Shown: piece by piece, positions 1-13,640 of the stretch
Layout: each line of letters starts with the position of its first letter
Numbering within the stretch: position 1 is the stretch's first letter
Assembly: GCA_964016885.1 (NCBI GenBank)
Contig: OZ024740.1
Span: 267,220,001 to 267,284,000, forward strand
DNA: 64,000 nt
Direction of reading: 5' to 3'
Source of the DNA: Eledone cirrhosa
Lineage: Eukaryota
Translations under genes and position numbers: made by a program
Notes under the pieces: generated by a model
The model's input: the letters and a program-made list of their open reading frames with translations, nothing else
Told to the model about the DNA's origin: nothing
The model's database searches: none

Positions 1-332
1 AACTTATAAACACAGAAGTGCTGAAACTATATATGGTAGTGTCTTTAGTTCGGTATTGTTGTGTTTCTAGTGTGCTACACACACACCCAAAGTTAAATAT
101 GTATGATGGAAATACTATGGAAGTATCCATTTAACTTTTTTCCCCCAAGTTTTGTTAACATAATGTTAACAAATAAACATACGAACATACAATACATATA
201 TATATATATATACACATATACATACATATACATATATACATATACATACATATACACACATATACATACATATACACATACATATACACACACATATACA
301 TACATATACACTATATATATATATATACAAAT

Positions 333-379
<47 letters not shown>

Positions 380-663
380 CATATATACATATACATATAA
401 ATATACATATATATATATATACATATACATATACATATATATATATACATATATACATATATATACATATACATATACATATACATATATATATACATAT
501 GAATATATACATATACATATGAATATATACATATATATACATATATATATACATATACATATACATATATATACATATGAATATATTCATATGTATATGT
601 ATATATACATATATACATATATATACATATACATATATACATATGAATATATACATATACATA

Positions 664-737
<74 letters not shown>

Positions 738-1159
738 TACATATATATACATACATGCACAGACAAATATACATTCAAATAAATTTAGGTAAAATGATTT
801 TTGTAGGTAAAGTGACTTTCAAATGTCAGTAGGTTATGTATATTTTGTTTATTATCTGTTAAGATATAGATTATCACTAATATCTTAAGGTTGTTCTTTT
901 AAAATACCTAATGCCAAATATTGTTTTTAAAAGAAACTATAGCTAGTATCTACAATACACACATACATACGTATGTGTACTCATTTAGTGTCTATTTTAT
1001 AGAAGTTTTAGCTAATATGAATGTACAGTACATACACAGACACACACATATACATAAATACATAATTGTTTCTACGTTAGGCACAAGGCCAGCAATTACC
1101 CAGTGCATTACTGGTACTTTATTTTATCGACCCCGTAAGGATGAAAGGAAAAGTTAACC

Positions 1160-1213
<54 letters not shown>

Positions 1214-1288
1214 TATAAATATATATATCTACGTAATTCATTTGTGATTTGAATTGAAGTTTATAGTAGAGGAACCACTATTATACTG

Positions 1289-1360
<72 letters not shown>

Positions 1361-1471
1361 GTATATGTACATATATATATATATTTTAATACATGGCAAA
1401 TTAGGCATACACTTTCATAAAATACATAAGTTTCATGATGTTCTTCTTTCAGTAAGCGAATTCCATTATTG

Positions 1472-1507
1472 GACGTTTCAATCATCTAGACAAACCTCAT
1501 TCATCAG
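1472..1507 (-). ncRNA. Degenerate hammerhead-like core
   Basis: Minus strand reads CTGATGA atgaggtttgtctagatgatt GAAAC GTC. Stem I is not paired. Flanked by a short inverted repeat tacactttca/tgaaagtgta. Confidence 0.4.
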
Positions 1508-1569
1508 TTTTTGAAAGTGTATTCATAATTATGAATTCATACTCAGGTAACTATATATATATATATGTA

Positions 1570-1606
<37 letters not shown>

Positions 1607-1696
1607 TTAGGTTAATAGGAGTTAGGTATTGTATACCCGTGTCCCATTAAGGTATTGGCAGCATAATAATTAGCTCTATGCTTTGGAGTAGAGCCG

Positions 1697-1999
1697 TATA
1701 TATGATAAAGAACACAAGAGCGTCTACAACATCAAAATATTTTTATTGGCTTACAATGTTTCTTCCTTACGTAACCGTAGGATTCGTCAGAGCTATAAAA
1801 GGGGTTTGATTGGTGTTATGGACTCTACCAACCAAATATTCAAGAACAGTTCTTGAATGTTTGGTTGGTAGAGTCCATAACACCAATCAAACCCCTTTTA
1901 TAGCTCTGACGAATCCTACGGTTACGTAAGGAAGAAACATTGTAAGCCAATAAAAATATTTTGATGTTGTAGACGCTCTTGTGTTCTTTATCATATATA
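1697..1999. repeat. Near-perfect 303-bp palindrome carrying a hammerhead motif in each arm
   Basis: Arms 1697-1847 and 1849-1999 are reverse complements around a single A at 1848, with one mismatch seen (T1837/G1859). Confidence 0.95.
1903..1947 (+). ncRNA. Minimal type I hammerhead motif (mirror copy on the minus strand at 1749-1793)
   Basis: gct CTGACGA a-tcc-tacg-gtta-cgta-a-gga-a GAAA catt GTA agc, then AATAAA. Stem I gct/agc. The stem II closing pair is a non-canonical A/A. Confidence 0.7.
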
Positions 2000-2397
2000 T
2001 ATATACATATATATAATTACAGAAGCATTTATATGTATTTAATAGATAGAGTAGTTTTTGAAAAATGTTGTCAGTAGGCTGTTTGAAGAAACATGACTAT
2101 CGTATTTCTATCATCTGCCATCTGCCTCACCACTGAGGCTTCACCATCAAAAAGTTGTCAGTTACTGGAATTTAAATCCAAGCTAAAACATATTGATTTC
2201 TAGCATGGTCACAAGGCCATTTGAGAGAACTTAAGTCAACCCAGTAATTGTTGACTATTACTTCATTTTATCGGCCCTCTCACAAAATGTGAATTCAACT
2301 CAGAATGGAAATGGGTGTAACTAAATGCCATAAGGCATTTTGTCCGCCACACTGTAGATTCTGTCAAGCTTAGAACAGACTGTCACATATATATGTA

Positions 2398-2468
<71 letters not shown>

Positions 2469-2473
2469 ATATA

Positions 2474-2518
<45 letters not shown>

Positions 2519-2801
2519 GTGTATATATATATATATATGTATATATATATACACATATGTCATATGTATATATATATATATACATATGTATATATATACA
2601 TATGTGTATATATGTGTATATATATATATATATAGATAGATATTCACATATGTCATATGTATATATATATACATATGTATATATATATACATATGTGTAT
2701 ATATATACATGTGTATATATACATATATATATATATACATATGTGTATATACACATATGTCATATGTATATATATACACATGTATATATATATATATATA
2801 T

Positions 2802-2870
<69 letters not shown>

Positions 2871-3994
2871 TGACATCTATTATCCCCCACACCTTTTACG
2901 AAACCTTTGCTGCTCACACTGCTCATCATTTACTTCCTGCTTCCAAATTTTAATTAGGTAATTTCTTGATCTGTCCCCAAAAGGTTTTAAAGGCATCGTC
3001 AATATTCTAGATCCAGAGTTATCACAGTTACGGACATTATAAAATAACTTAAGCGCCTGCCATCATCAAATTCATTCTTCACATGCATAATGCCATGCAT
3101 ATTACACCATGCTCATATATATATATATATATACATCGACATTTCTCTTTTTATTTTCTTTGTTTTTCTGCCCCCCCCCCCCCCCACCTTCTTTCTGTTT
3201 CTCTTCTATACAAATGCACAGCCATGTAAACTATAATTCAGATTTTCATATATACACACTCACACATACATTTTTTAAAGCACACAAACAACTATATCTC
3301 TAAATATGCACATATACTAAAACCACATGTGCAGCTGTGTCGACAATATGTTGGTAAACTTTGACCTAGCAGTCCAATGTTAACTGGCACCAGTTATCAT
3401 CTATTAATTAGGGTATATCTGGTTACAGGGGAAAGGGCGAAAAAGGGTGAAGGAGGTGGTGGAAACCATATTTAGGATAAAAAATAGAGAATACCAAGTT
3501 ATGTTAGTGTGTTCTAAGAAAAAGAAATTAAAATGTTTTTTTTTGTTTTTTATTGAAGGCATGGGCCCTTCATCACAGCTGTTTCCTCTCATCACAATAC
3601 ACTACCATAACTTGATTTTTTTGCTCAATACTGTTTTGACTCTTGCTGACAAAGACCACCACAAGTCTCCTAGGTTACTAGAAATTGTAAATGATCAGAT
3701 AATATTAGAATAGAAGTTATGGTCACTGTAGTTAGAAAGAGAGGGGTTGTTAGATGGATAAGTGGTGCTGGTGATGGCCTCAAATGATACAACAATGGAG
3801 AGTAGAGTCGAAGATGTACGTATGTGAAAGGCAGATGGGGGTGGGGGTGGATAAGTCAAGAAAAAGGAACAATAAGTGATTAGATAGCTGGAGTTAGTTT
3901 AAATTATCTTTGTTTATACATGATATTTTTTTGTATTTTTTGTTTCCTCTTTATATCTATTAGTCACTTAATTAGGCACACAGGCCAATATCTG

Positions 3995-4059
<65 letters not shown>

Positions 4060-4892
4060 CACACACACACAGATAGAGGGGGAAGAGAGAAACAAACAGA
4101 GGGAGAAAGAGAAGGGGAGAAAAGGGTATATGTATACAGTTTGTAGCTCATTGAAACAACACAGCACATTTACTGGGTTTTTACATCTTTATTGACCCTG
4201 CAGGGATGAAAGATGAAAGGCAAAATCAGACCCTGATAGGATTTTGAGCTCAGAAATCATAGAGGGAAAAAAATTAAATGCTGTAAGACATATAGTCTGG
4301 CACTCTAACATTTCTGCACAATTTACTGCCCTTCAGTACTGGGATCAAATTGAGAAGAAAAATATATTAAATTGTAAAATAATCAACACAGCCTGATAAG
4401 GAAAAGAAACAACAAATTGTTAAATTATGCATCTGCAAGTGTATCTATTTCTTTGTGTGTATTAATATTTTCTATGTGTTATTGTTGTAACAATTACTGA
4501 TTTTTAAATTCTGTTTATCTTTCTTGTTCCTCTTTTTTCAATTCTTCCCAAGGAAATAAGTGAGACCAGCACAGAAACAGCACAAACCACATCACCTTTG
4601 GATATATATATATATATATATATAAAATACATATGTGTGAGTGTGTGTGAAATTCCATAAATAAATATGAAGACATATAACACATAAAATATATAAATAA
4701 GTAATATATATATGCATATATATATACATATACACATAGATATATATACACACACACACACATATATATATACATATATATGTATATATATATGCATATA
4801 TAATATGAATTTATATGAATAAAGTATAGATAAATACATACACACATGTACACACATACATATATACATATGTATATATGTGAGTGTGTGTC

Positions 4893-4930
<38 letters not shown>

Positions 4931-5038
4931 TAAATATAATATATACAAATAATTATAAAGATATAAATATGTATAAATACACAAATAAATATATATGTAA
5001 ATACGTACAAACACACACACGCACACACATACACACAT

Positions 5039-5082
<44 letters not shown>

Positions 5083-5345
5083 ACATACACACTCATGCAT
5101 GCACTTACTTATATGAGAAAATATAATATATGTATATACATATATATCACAGATACACATATATACACATATATATCTATATATATCTATATGTATATAC
5201 ATCTCTCTCTCTCCATATATATATATTTTTCTTCCTCATAATCGTCTCTTTCCCCCCGTTTTCATATATATATGTATATATATATATATACATACATACA
5301 CACACACACATATATATATATACATATATATATATACACACACAC

Positions 5346-5376
<31 letters not shown>

Positions 5377-5557
5377 CTCACATGCACACACACATATATA
5401 TATATATATACATACATATATATATATACATATATATATATATACACACATACACACATATATATATATACATATATATACACACACACACACATATATA
5501 TATACATATATATATATATATACTCACATGCACACACATATATATATATATACATAC

Positions 5558-5609
<52 letters not shown>

Positions 5610-5635
5610 ACACATATATATATATACATATATAT

Positions 5636-5684
<49 letters not shown>

Positions 5685-5743
5685 CTCACACACACACACA
5701 TATATATATATACATACATATATACATATACATATATATATAT

Positions 5744-5775
<32 letters not shown>

Positions 5776-5988
5776 CCATGTGGTGTTAACAGACGCAAGA
5801 ATGAGCACTCAATACCAAATTAGAGTGGAATAATATTCTTTGTTATAAGTAAGTGGTAACTTCTGTTTCTCTGGTGTTTCACCGGTGAACTCACAAATAA
5901 AATTCCAGAACAACTCAACTCACCCCTTAGCCATAATAAAAAATATACTATTTATAATATATATACACACACATATAGGTATGTGTGC

Positions 5989-6070
<82 letters not shown>

Positions 6071-6082
6071 GCATATACATAA

Positions 6083-6117
<35 letters not shown>

Positions 6118-6307
6118 CATATATGTATATATACATATATTTATATACATATATATATATACATATATATACATATATTTATATACATATACATACATAT
6201 ACATATATATATATATATATATATACACATACATACATTTATACACATACATACATATACATTCATACATATATATACATACATACATATATATATATGT
6301 ACATACA

Positions 6308-6339
<32 letters not shown>

Positions 6340-7110
6340 CATACACACATACATACATACATACATATATACATACATATATACATACATACATATATAG
6401 ATACATACATATATATACATACATACACACATACATACATACATACATATATACATACATACATATATAGATACATACATATATATACATACATACACAC
6501 ACACATACATATATACATACATATATATACATATATATTTATATATATATTTATACATATACATACATATATATACATATATATATATATACATACATAC
6601 ATATATATACATACATACATATACAATCCAACACACATGCATACACATACTATACTCTTTCCTACGTCTGCAAAATAGCTTACACATGCCAGATGCATAA
6701 AAAAAAATTATTTTCGAAAAAATAAAAGCAAAACAAACTGCACACTTTTCAACGCTATTAATTTTGTTGTAGTTTTTTTTTTGTTGTTAACTGCTAAAAA
6801 TTAATTAATAATATATATTTCTTCAACATTTTTTTTTTTTACAGTTGAGTTTTCGTTTTGTTCTCTTTTTATCATCATCCTTCTTTTAATTACAAATATT
6901 TTGTATTGTGTTTTTGTTGTTGTTGCTATTGTTTTTGTTGCTTTTCCCTAAATAATTATCAATAGATTTCCTTATTTTTGCTCTTCTATTTTTAGATATT
7001 AGAACCGAAATACAAAGAGATCCTTGACTTCTAGCTGCTTTTTTTCTCACTTTCTTCTTTAAATTAAATAAACTTAATGACTGCATTTTAACATAACATA
7101 AGTTTACATG

Positions 7111-7192
<82 letters not shown>

Positions 7193-7197
7193 CTCTT

Positions 7198-7230
<33 letters not shown>

Positions 7231-7760
7231 TCCTTCAATATACTGTCTATACTGATTGTGTTGTTATTTCTGTTTACCTTTTACACACACACACATATAT
7301 ATATATATACATATATATGTGTGTATATGTATACATATATATGTATGTATGTATATATATATGCTTATATGTATATATATACAAATATATATACACGTAC
7401 ACACACACATATATATATATCCTGATTTGATCAAAGGCTATTTTGCTGACATATTTTTTCCTTAATTTTTAAATGTAAATGATTTTTTTTTTCTCTCTAA
7501 TATCTTTTTGTTAAAAAAAAATGTGTCATAGTCCCTCTTAATTATATATTCGCACAATTTATATATATATATATATATATAGATATGTATATATATTTGT
7601 ATATATATATATATAGATATGTATATATATAAATATATATAAATATATATATATATATGGATGTGTATGTATGTGTGTATGAGCACATGTGTGTGTTGCA
7701 GAAATCGAAAACAAATCTTATAACAATTATAAATTTTCTCTCATTCTCTCTCTCTTTCTC

Positions 7761-7804
<44 letters not shown>

Positions 7805-8263
7805 TCTCTCTCTCCTCTTTTGTTCTTTGCCTGCAGCAAAGAGAAAAAAAAACCCATCAATATTAAGTTTGCATGCCAGCTCCAACTATTCCTGTCAGTC
7901 TTTTGACAATTTCCAGCAACAAGCTAACATTAGAATTCTCCTCAACAAACATTAGGAAAAGGTGATTCAAGTCCATTCTTGGCTGGAATACATACATACG
8001 GGCACAATCATAGATGCTTTTCACCTTTTGGGAACAAACTCAGGGCACACAATGGAACTTGATTAGGTCTGAGAAGTCTTCATAGAGTACCAAGCATCTG
8101 ATCATCATCGTAATCATCATCATCATCATAATCATCATAATTATTGTCATCATCATCGTCATCATCATTGTTGTTGTCATCCTCGTCAACATTATCAACT
8201 CCGAGGAATTATCCTTGCTAGTTAATGCCTGTACACCAGCTGAGTTCAGCAGTTTTTTCCCTA

Positions 8264-8350
8264 TCAAGACAGAAGGTTGAAGAACATGGTAGCTAAACTG
8301 ACATTCAGAGCAACCAGTAACACAAGCAGTTGTCTTTGCTGACACCAATC
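8264..8350 (-). CDS. Terminal coding exon DWCQQRQLLVLLVALNVSLATMFFNLLS*, a predicted C-terminal transmembrane anchor
   Basis: Long pyrimidine tract and acceptor gtttttgtttatttccag|GAT at 8350, phase 0, matching the 21447 donor. Stop TGA at 8266-8264. About 20 consecutive mostly hydrophobic residues. Confidence 0.75.
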   Translation of the reverse strand, partial: DWCQQRQLLVLLVALNVSLATMFFNLLS

Positions 8351-8491
8351 CTGGAAATAAACAAAAACAGAAATAAAAATTAAAATGAGATGGATAAAGT
8401 ATGCAAAATCAAACTTATAAAAGCAAACAAATAAACAAAACAAAATATAATACATAGATCAGGCAGCACAATCTCCATTGTTGTCCTATAT

Positions 8492-8810
8492 CAGGGGTGT
8501 GCAATATATTCCACTGGCGGGCAACTTTTGAACATTGGAACAACTATTAGGGTCATTAACATTTATTAAGCACTATTCCAAAGATTCACCACAACTTCTT
8601 TCCATAACATGGAACTGAGAAAATATAACACACACAACCCTATCAGTGAAGCCCTTTAATATAGGTCAACTAACAAAAAATTGTATTACGGTTATCAAAA
8701 AAATTCTAAATAAGCCTACAAGGTAAAAATTAAGAACAGTCATCGCGGGCCACTCTGACTGGTCTGGCGGGCCGGATTGTGGCCCGGGGGCCGCCTGTTG
8801 CACGTCCCTG
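8492..8810. mobile_element. hAT (Charlie-like) non-autonomous element
   Basis: TIRs caggggtgtgcaa / ttgcacgtccctg, subterminal gcgggcc motifs, degenerate 8-bp TSD tcctatat/acctagat. Confidence 0.75.
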
Positions 8811-9177
8811 ACCTAGATAGTAAAAAACTAAGAGAATGACATGATGTTTCAGCCCTAAACTTCTAAAGTTAAGGGCTGAAACACTCACTTAAGGGAGAGA
8901 TTGTTACAACTTTTAGTCCAAGATAGTGAAAAACTAAGAGAAGGACAGTATGATTCATTCAGGATAGATCAAGAGCTAAACACCACCAACAACAGCAGCA
9001 CCATTTACTTTATCTTACAAAAATTAAAGGTTTGAAAATATGGACGAGATTAATGAGTTCAGGGGATTATTTTCTGGAGGTCTACATTAGGACAATCTCT
9101 TATATACTGATTGGCAGTGAAACATATGTAATACATGATTAAATATGTATATGGTGCAACACTGATTCTTTGTTCCC

Positions 9178-9256
<79 letters not shown>

Positions 9257-9336
9257 CGAAAGAGAGAGAAATAATGGGAGTGGAATAATCCACTATTATT
9301 CTTGTAAGATAGAATTTCAATAACAACCTTAGTTTT

Positions 9337-9384
<48 letters not shown>

Positions 9385-9387
<3 letters not shown>

Positions 9388-9870
9388 ACGGAGTATTGAA
9401 AAGGTTCCTGGAAATTGCCTTTTATAAGAACACTATGCACATATTTTACTATTTGCTTGCAGATACTTAAACGTTTACATATGTGTTCTAACCTGTATGA
9501 TTCAGAAGTAATTTGAAGCAATAGATTGAAATTTACGCCATTTTGAATACAACAACCCTTAAAGCAACACATGTTCTGTTAAAACTGAAGTAAAAACTAT
9601 CATCAAATTAATGGTAAAACTTAGTTGGGAGAAAAAGGCCATTATTGAAGCTTCGAGAAATGTTTACGGAGATACTTCCTAACCCATGCTAGCGTGGAAA
9701 ATGGACGTTAAACGAAGATGATGATGATGATAAAACCTATCAATTTACAAATGGATAACTCATTTCAAAGAAGGATAAGATGGGGTTGAAGGTGTTGCAT
9801 GGACTGGTAGACCATTAACCTCAGTTTGTAAACATGCTTGAGATTCAATTGAGGGTCATGTTGCCTATAA
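9385..9870 (+). mobile_element. Decayed mariner-type 5' fragment with a SINE/LINE tail inserted near 9680-9730
   Basis: Starts tacacggagtattgaaaaggttcc (mariner-like TIR). Frameshifted HTH-region peptides such as IIEASRNVYGD, YKWITHFKEG and WTGRP. Confidence 0.55.
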
Positions 9871-10310
9871 AGACTCAACACGTCAGTTTAATTTCACTTA
9901 ATCTTTATTATTAGTTATGTAACTAAAATATTCCTCACTTTGTTTAGTAACTGAATAATTATTTACCATATATACTCGTATATAAGCTGAGAAATATGTT
10001 ACAAAAAAAAAAAAATCAATGGTAAATTGGGGATCAACTTATATTCAAATCGGCAATTGTCATATATATATTTAAAAAAAATATATATGACAAACAATTT
10101 TTATTGGTAACATGACCCTTCAAAAGTATATATATATATATCATTTTACGTCCACTTTTCCCTGCTTGAAATATATATGTGTATGTATATATATATGTAC
10201 ATATATATGTATATATGTCAACATGAATGGACCTGTTATTTTTATCTAAAGACATTTTTTCCAATCCTAACCCGCCCGTACGCTCAATCTATCTTATTTC
10301 TCATTCTTTC

Positions 10311-10344
10311 TTCTGATGAAGGACTAGCATCCAAAACATTAAGA
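10311..10344 (+). ncRNA. Decayed hammerhead motif
   Basis: CTGATGA agga-ctagca-tcc AAAAC ATTA aga. The changes from an expected ccGAAACGTTA are both CpG-type transitions. The downstream tail gattgtgttgttatttctgtttacctttta recurs at about 7254. Confidence 0.45.
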
Positions 10345-10451
10345 CCCTCTTCCTGCTATATCAAGCGTTAACCTAATATATCCCTTCCATATAGTGTACC
10401 GATTGTGTTGTTATTTCTGTTTACCTTTTACATACATATATATATGTGTAT

Positions 10452-10897
10452 CAGGGGCGAAGGGTGCGTGCATGCGTTATAGAATCTTGAGTTGATCAAT
10501 TGCGTCGGTTGAAGCAAGCGGAATTTTGGCTGCTTATTAAATCGTAGACACATAAAAAGATAACACACACACACACGACAGCGTCGGTTGAAGCAAGTAG
10601 AATTTTGGTTGCTTGCTAAATCGTAGACACATAAAAAGATAACACCCCCCCCCCCCCCACACACACACACAAACACACGACAGCGTCGGTTGAAGCAAGC
10701 AGAATTTTGGCTGCTTGCTAAATCGTAGACACATAAAAAGATAACACACACACACAAGATAACACTACATGCGGCTTTGACTGGGACGGTCATTTAGAGG
10801 GAATTGGGGCGGGGGGAGTGTTAAGGCTGTACAGCCCCACTTTCCGCCATAGTGATTGGACTGCATGCCTTGCTTTCCAGGTTACCCTTCGCCACTG
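10452..10897. mobile_element. hAT-type MITE with three internal tandem units of about 80-100 bp
   Basis: TIRs caggggcgaagggt / acccttcgccactg. Exact 8-bp TSD atgtgtat (10444-10451 and 10898-10905). Units start at 10502, 10581 and 10683. Confidence 0.85.
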
Positions 10898-11481
10898 ATG
10901 TGTATATATGTATATCTGTTTACCTTTTACATGTATATATATATATATGTGTATATATATATATGTATATGTATATATATGTATGTATGTATGTATGTAT
11001 GGATGTATGTGAGAGAGAGAGAGAGAAGTTATGTATAAATATGATAAAAATACACCCAATTTGTAAAATGTTACGAAATATACTTCACAAGTTTTGATCC
11101 TACTGAACAACATTTTAGGCCAAGCGTCTTCTACAGTAGTTTTAGATAGACCAATGCCTCCCGAATGAAATTTAGTAGACAAAAACTGTTTAATTTACTT
11201 GTGGATAGGGTGTGTGTGTGTGCTATGTGTGTGTATATGTATTGCTGTGCTGTTGTAAACTATCTATTAGTATTAAAATCTGTCTAAGGGAAGTAACTCT
11301 CACAAGGGACATAACTCATTGAATCTAACCGTTTGATAAGTCGAGATTGGTAAAATGAATACCAGTATAAGAACTGGTGTGGTTATAATTGCTTGAAAAC
11401 CTTTGTAGATGGTGGCGCACAGTGTTGTAAATATAAGTTATTTTATTTTAAAAATACACGTGTATGGTGTATATATATATA

Positions 11482-12034
11482 AAGATTGGGAATACGGAAG
11501 ATGATGTGGTTGAGAGGAAGAGCAAAGCCTGGGCGGCGTGCCACAGCTTGAGATCGGTGTGGAAATCGGACCTTTGTAAAGACCTGAAAATCCGCCTCTT
11601 CATTGCTGTAGTGGAGTCTGTGCTGCTGTATGGGTCTGAGACTTGGACACTGACCAAGAAACTCACTCAGATGGTGGATGGGTGCTACACAAGAATGCTG
11701 AGGATGGCTCTGAACATTAATCAGTGTACACTGAGGATGAAAAACTCAGAGCTGTATGGGAGCCTCCCAAAAGGCAGCTCAAAAGTGACACAGAGGAGAC
11801 TGAGGTTAGCTGGACATGCTCACCGACATCCAGAGTTGACATTGCACTCAGTGCTCCTGTGGGAGTCCCTACATGGACACACTGGAAGAGAAAGACCAAG
11901 GTTAACGTATGTTGATGCCCTAAGGACAGACACTGGTCTGTTGGAGACGCAGGACATGGCAGCGATAATGAGGGACAGAGACCGCTGGAGAGAACTCGTC
12001 CATGGATCTCGGGAATTTTACCCGCCCTAGAGAT
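11482..12034 (+). mobile_element. 5'-truncated RTE-like LINE 3' end inserted in (TA)n
   Basis: Open frame with ESVLLYGSETWTLT, RRLRLAGH and GRERPRLTY..DRDRWRELV, typical of the post-RT C-terminus of RTE-clade ORFs. Tail tagagata. Confidence 0.85.
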
Positions 12035-12200
12035 ATATATATATATGTATGTTATCCAACCATCTTACTTGGAATCTACCCCTGGGTCTCTTGCCGGTTG
12101 GTTTTGTGCGTAAAAACTGTCAAGCGATTCTTTCCTGAGACATTCTAACCACATGCCCATAGTATCGGAGTTGTGATCTCACAATTCGGAGATATAGTGG

Positions 12201-12308
12201 CTCTACCTGGAGTGACTCTACCTAGAGTGACTCTACCTAGAGTGACTCTACCTGGAGTGACTCTACCTGGAGTGACTCTACCTGGAGTGACTCTACCTGG
12301 AGTGACTC
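12201..12308. repeat. 15-bp minisatellite (ctctacctggagtga) x7 inside the LINE
   Basis: Seven direct units, two with a g>a variant. Confidence 0.95.
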
Positions 12309-12855
12309 GCTGATCTCCAAGTTACGCACTTTATGGAATAACGTTACTCCAAAGACCCTTCGGAGGAATCCCATTTTGGCCACGATTGTATTTTTCGGTC
12401 ATTACCCAAGATTCATCACCATAGGTAAAGGTTAGCACGCAAACCGAATTAAAGATAGTGAGTTTAGCTATCTTCTGATTCCTGAATGCTGAAGCTGGCG
12501 CATTACTGCACCAGCTCCTGCAATTCTTGCTCTTAATTCAGCCACCTGCCTTCCATCACTCGTGAACGCACCCCTGAGATAGTTGAACCTTTCTACCTGC
12601 TTCTGTGAAACTCCATTCACATGTAGAGTGCACTGCGCAGGCTTCCTTGGGAGGATGAGTGTCTCAGTTATCACGGCACTGATTTTCATTCCAGCCATGC
12701 AGCACTCGGCATCAAACCTATGAAGTGCAAGTCAAAGACCCATCTTCTGTCAAGTTAAGTAAATACCATGTTGACTACAAATTCCAGATCACTGATTTTG
12801 CACCGGCCACTCACGATAACTGGCTGTGCATGTCAATCCTGTTCATGTAAATAAT

Positions 12856-13033
12856 TGTTTCTACTTTTTGGCACAAGGCCAGCAATTACCCAGTGCATTA
12901 CTGGTACTTTATTTTATCGACCTTGAAAGGCAAAGTTAACCTCGGCGAGATTTGAACTCAGAATGGCAAGGGCCATAACTCTATGCGTCAAAGCATGGCG
13001 TCTGACCCTCTACCGATACTGCCAATCCACTGC
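12856..13033 (-). mobile_element. tRNA-headed SINE family A, full copy with TSD
   Basis: A box tggcagtatcgg, B box gagttcaaatc, tail gccttgtgccaaaaagtagaaaca. 13-bp TSD tcatgtaaataat at 12843-12855 and 13034-13046. Confidence 0.9.
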
Positions 13034-13302
13034 TCATGTAAATAATGAACAGGAGAGATGACAGTAGGCACCCTTGGCAGACTCTGAATCCCCCATAGAA
13101 TGGTTTCGATTTAGCACTATTTATCTGAACACAAATACTTGGGTATTCATATAGAGATATCAGGGCAGCAAGAAGCTGACCATCAATCCTATACTCCTGC
13201 ACAGTCTTCCACAGTGGGCTGCAAGGAACACGGTCACATGTCTTAACCAGGTCGACAAAACAAGAATATACATCTTGGCAATACTCCCATGATTTAGTTG
13301 TC

Positions 13303-13640
13303 TGGAGGCACATGGCTTAGTGGTTAGAGCATTGGCCTTGCAATCGAAAGGTTGTGAGTTCAATTCTCAGACCGGGTGATGTGTTGTTTCCTTGAGCAAG
13401 ACACTTTATTTCACATTGCTCCAGTTTACTCAGCTGTAGAAATGAGATGATAGGGACTGGGGTTCCTATCATTCCACTGCAAAGTGGTCGTGGAGGTGCC
13501 ACGGCAAAAAAGCACCCAGCACTCACTGTAAATGAGGTTGGTGTTAGGAAGGGCATTCAGCTGTAGAAATCAAGCCAGAATCAGTTCCCGTCCCACCCTT
13601 GCAAGCAGGGAAAAACGGACATGAAATGATGATGATGATA
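13303..13640 (+). mobile_element. tRNA-headed SINE family B (CORE-like centre, RTE-derived tail, (ATG)n end)
   Basis: A box tggcttagtgg, B box gagttcaattc, central ccttgagcaagacacttt...cagctgtagaaatg. Near-identical copies at 34482-34777, 41412-41755 and 60343-60600. Confidence 0.9.

Larger units (their letters stand above)
180..7820. repeat. Region dominated by (TA)n, (TACA)n, (CA)n and (GA)n microsatellites
   Basis: Main tracts 180-760, 2385-2865, 3997-4055, 4600-5775, 5960-6620 and 7110-7810. Similar tracts are scattered through the window, for example 51315-52075. Confidence 0.95.

Noticed and set aside
5775-5940. Unique block between (TA)n tracts with GAAAC on the minus strand
   Set aside because: Probably a similar cassette remnant, but no CTGAnGA half could be found.
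93-7686. Many Y/I/C/V/H/T-rich ORFs (also near 51185-52126 and 60741-61316)
   Set aside because: They are translations of (TA)n/(CA)n microsatellites, open in several frames on both strands.
8040-8348. 102-aa ORF overlapping the terminal exon
   Set aside because: It is in the wrong phase for the upstream donor and is extended by an (ATG)n repeat.
13303-13375. tRNA gene
   Set aside because: It has A and B boxes but no complete acceptor stem, and it continues into a multicopy SINE body.
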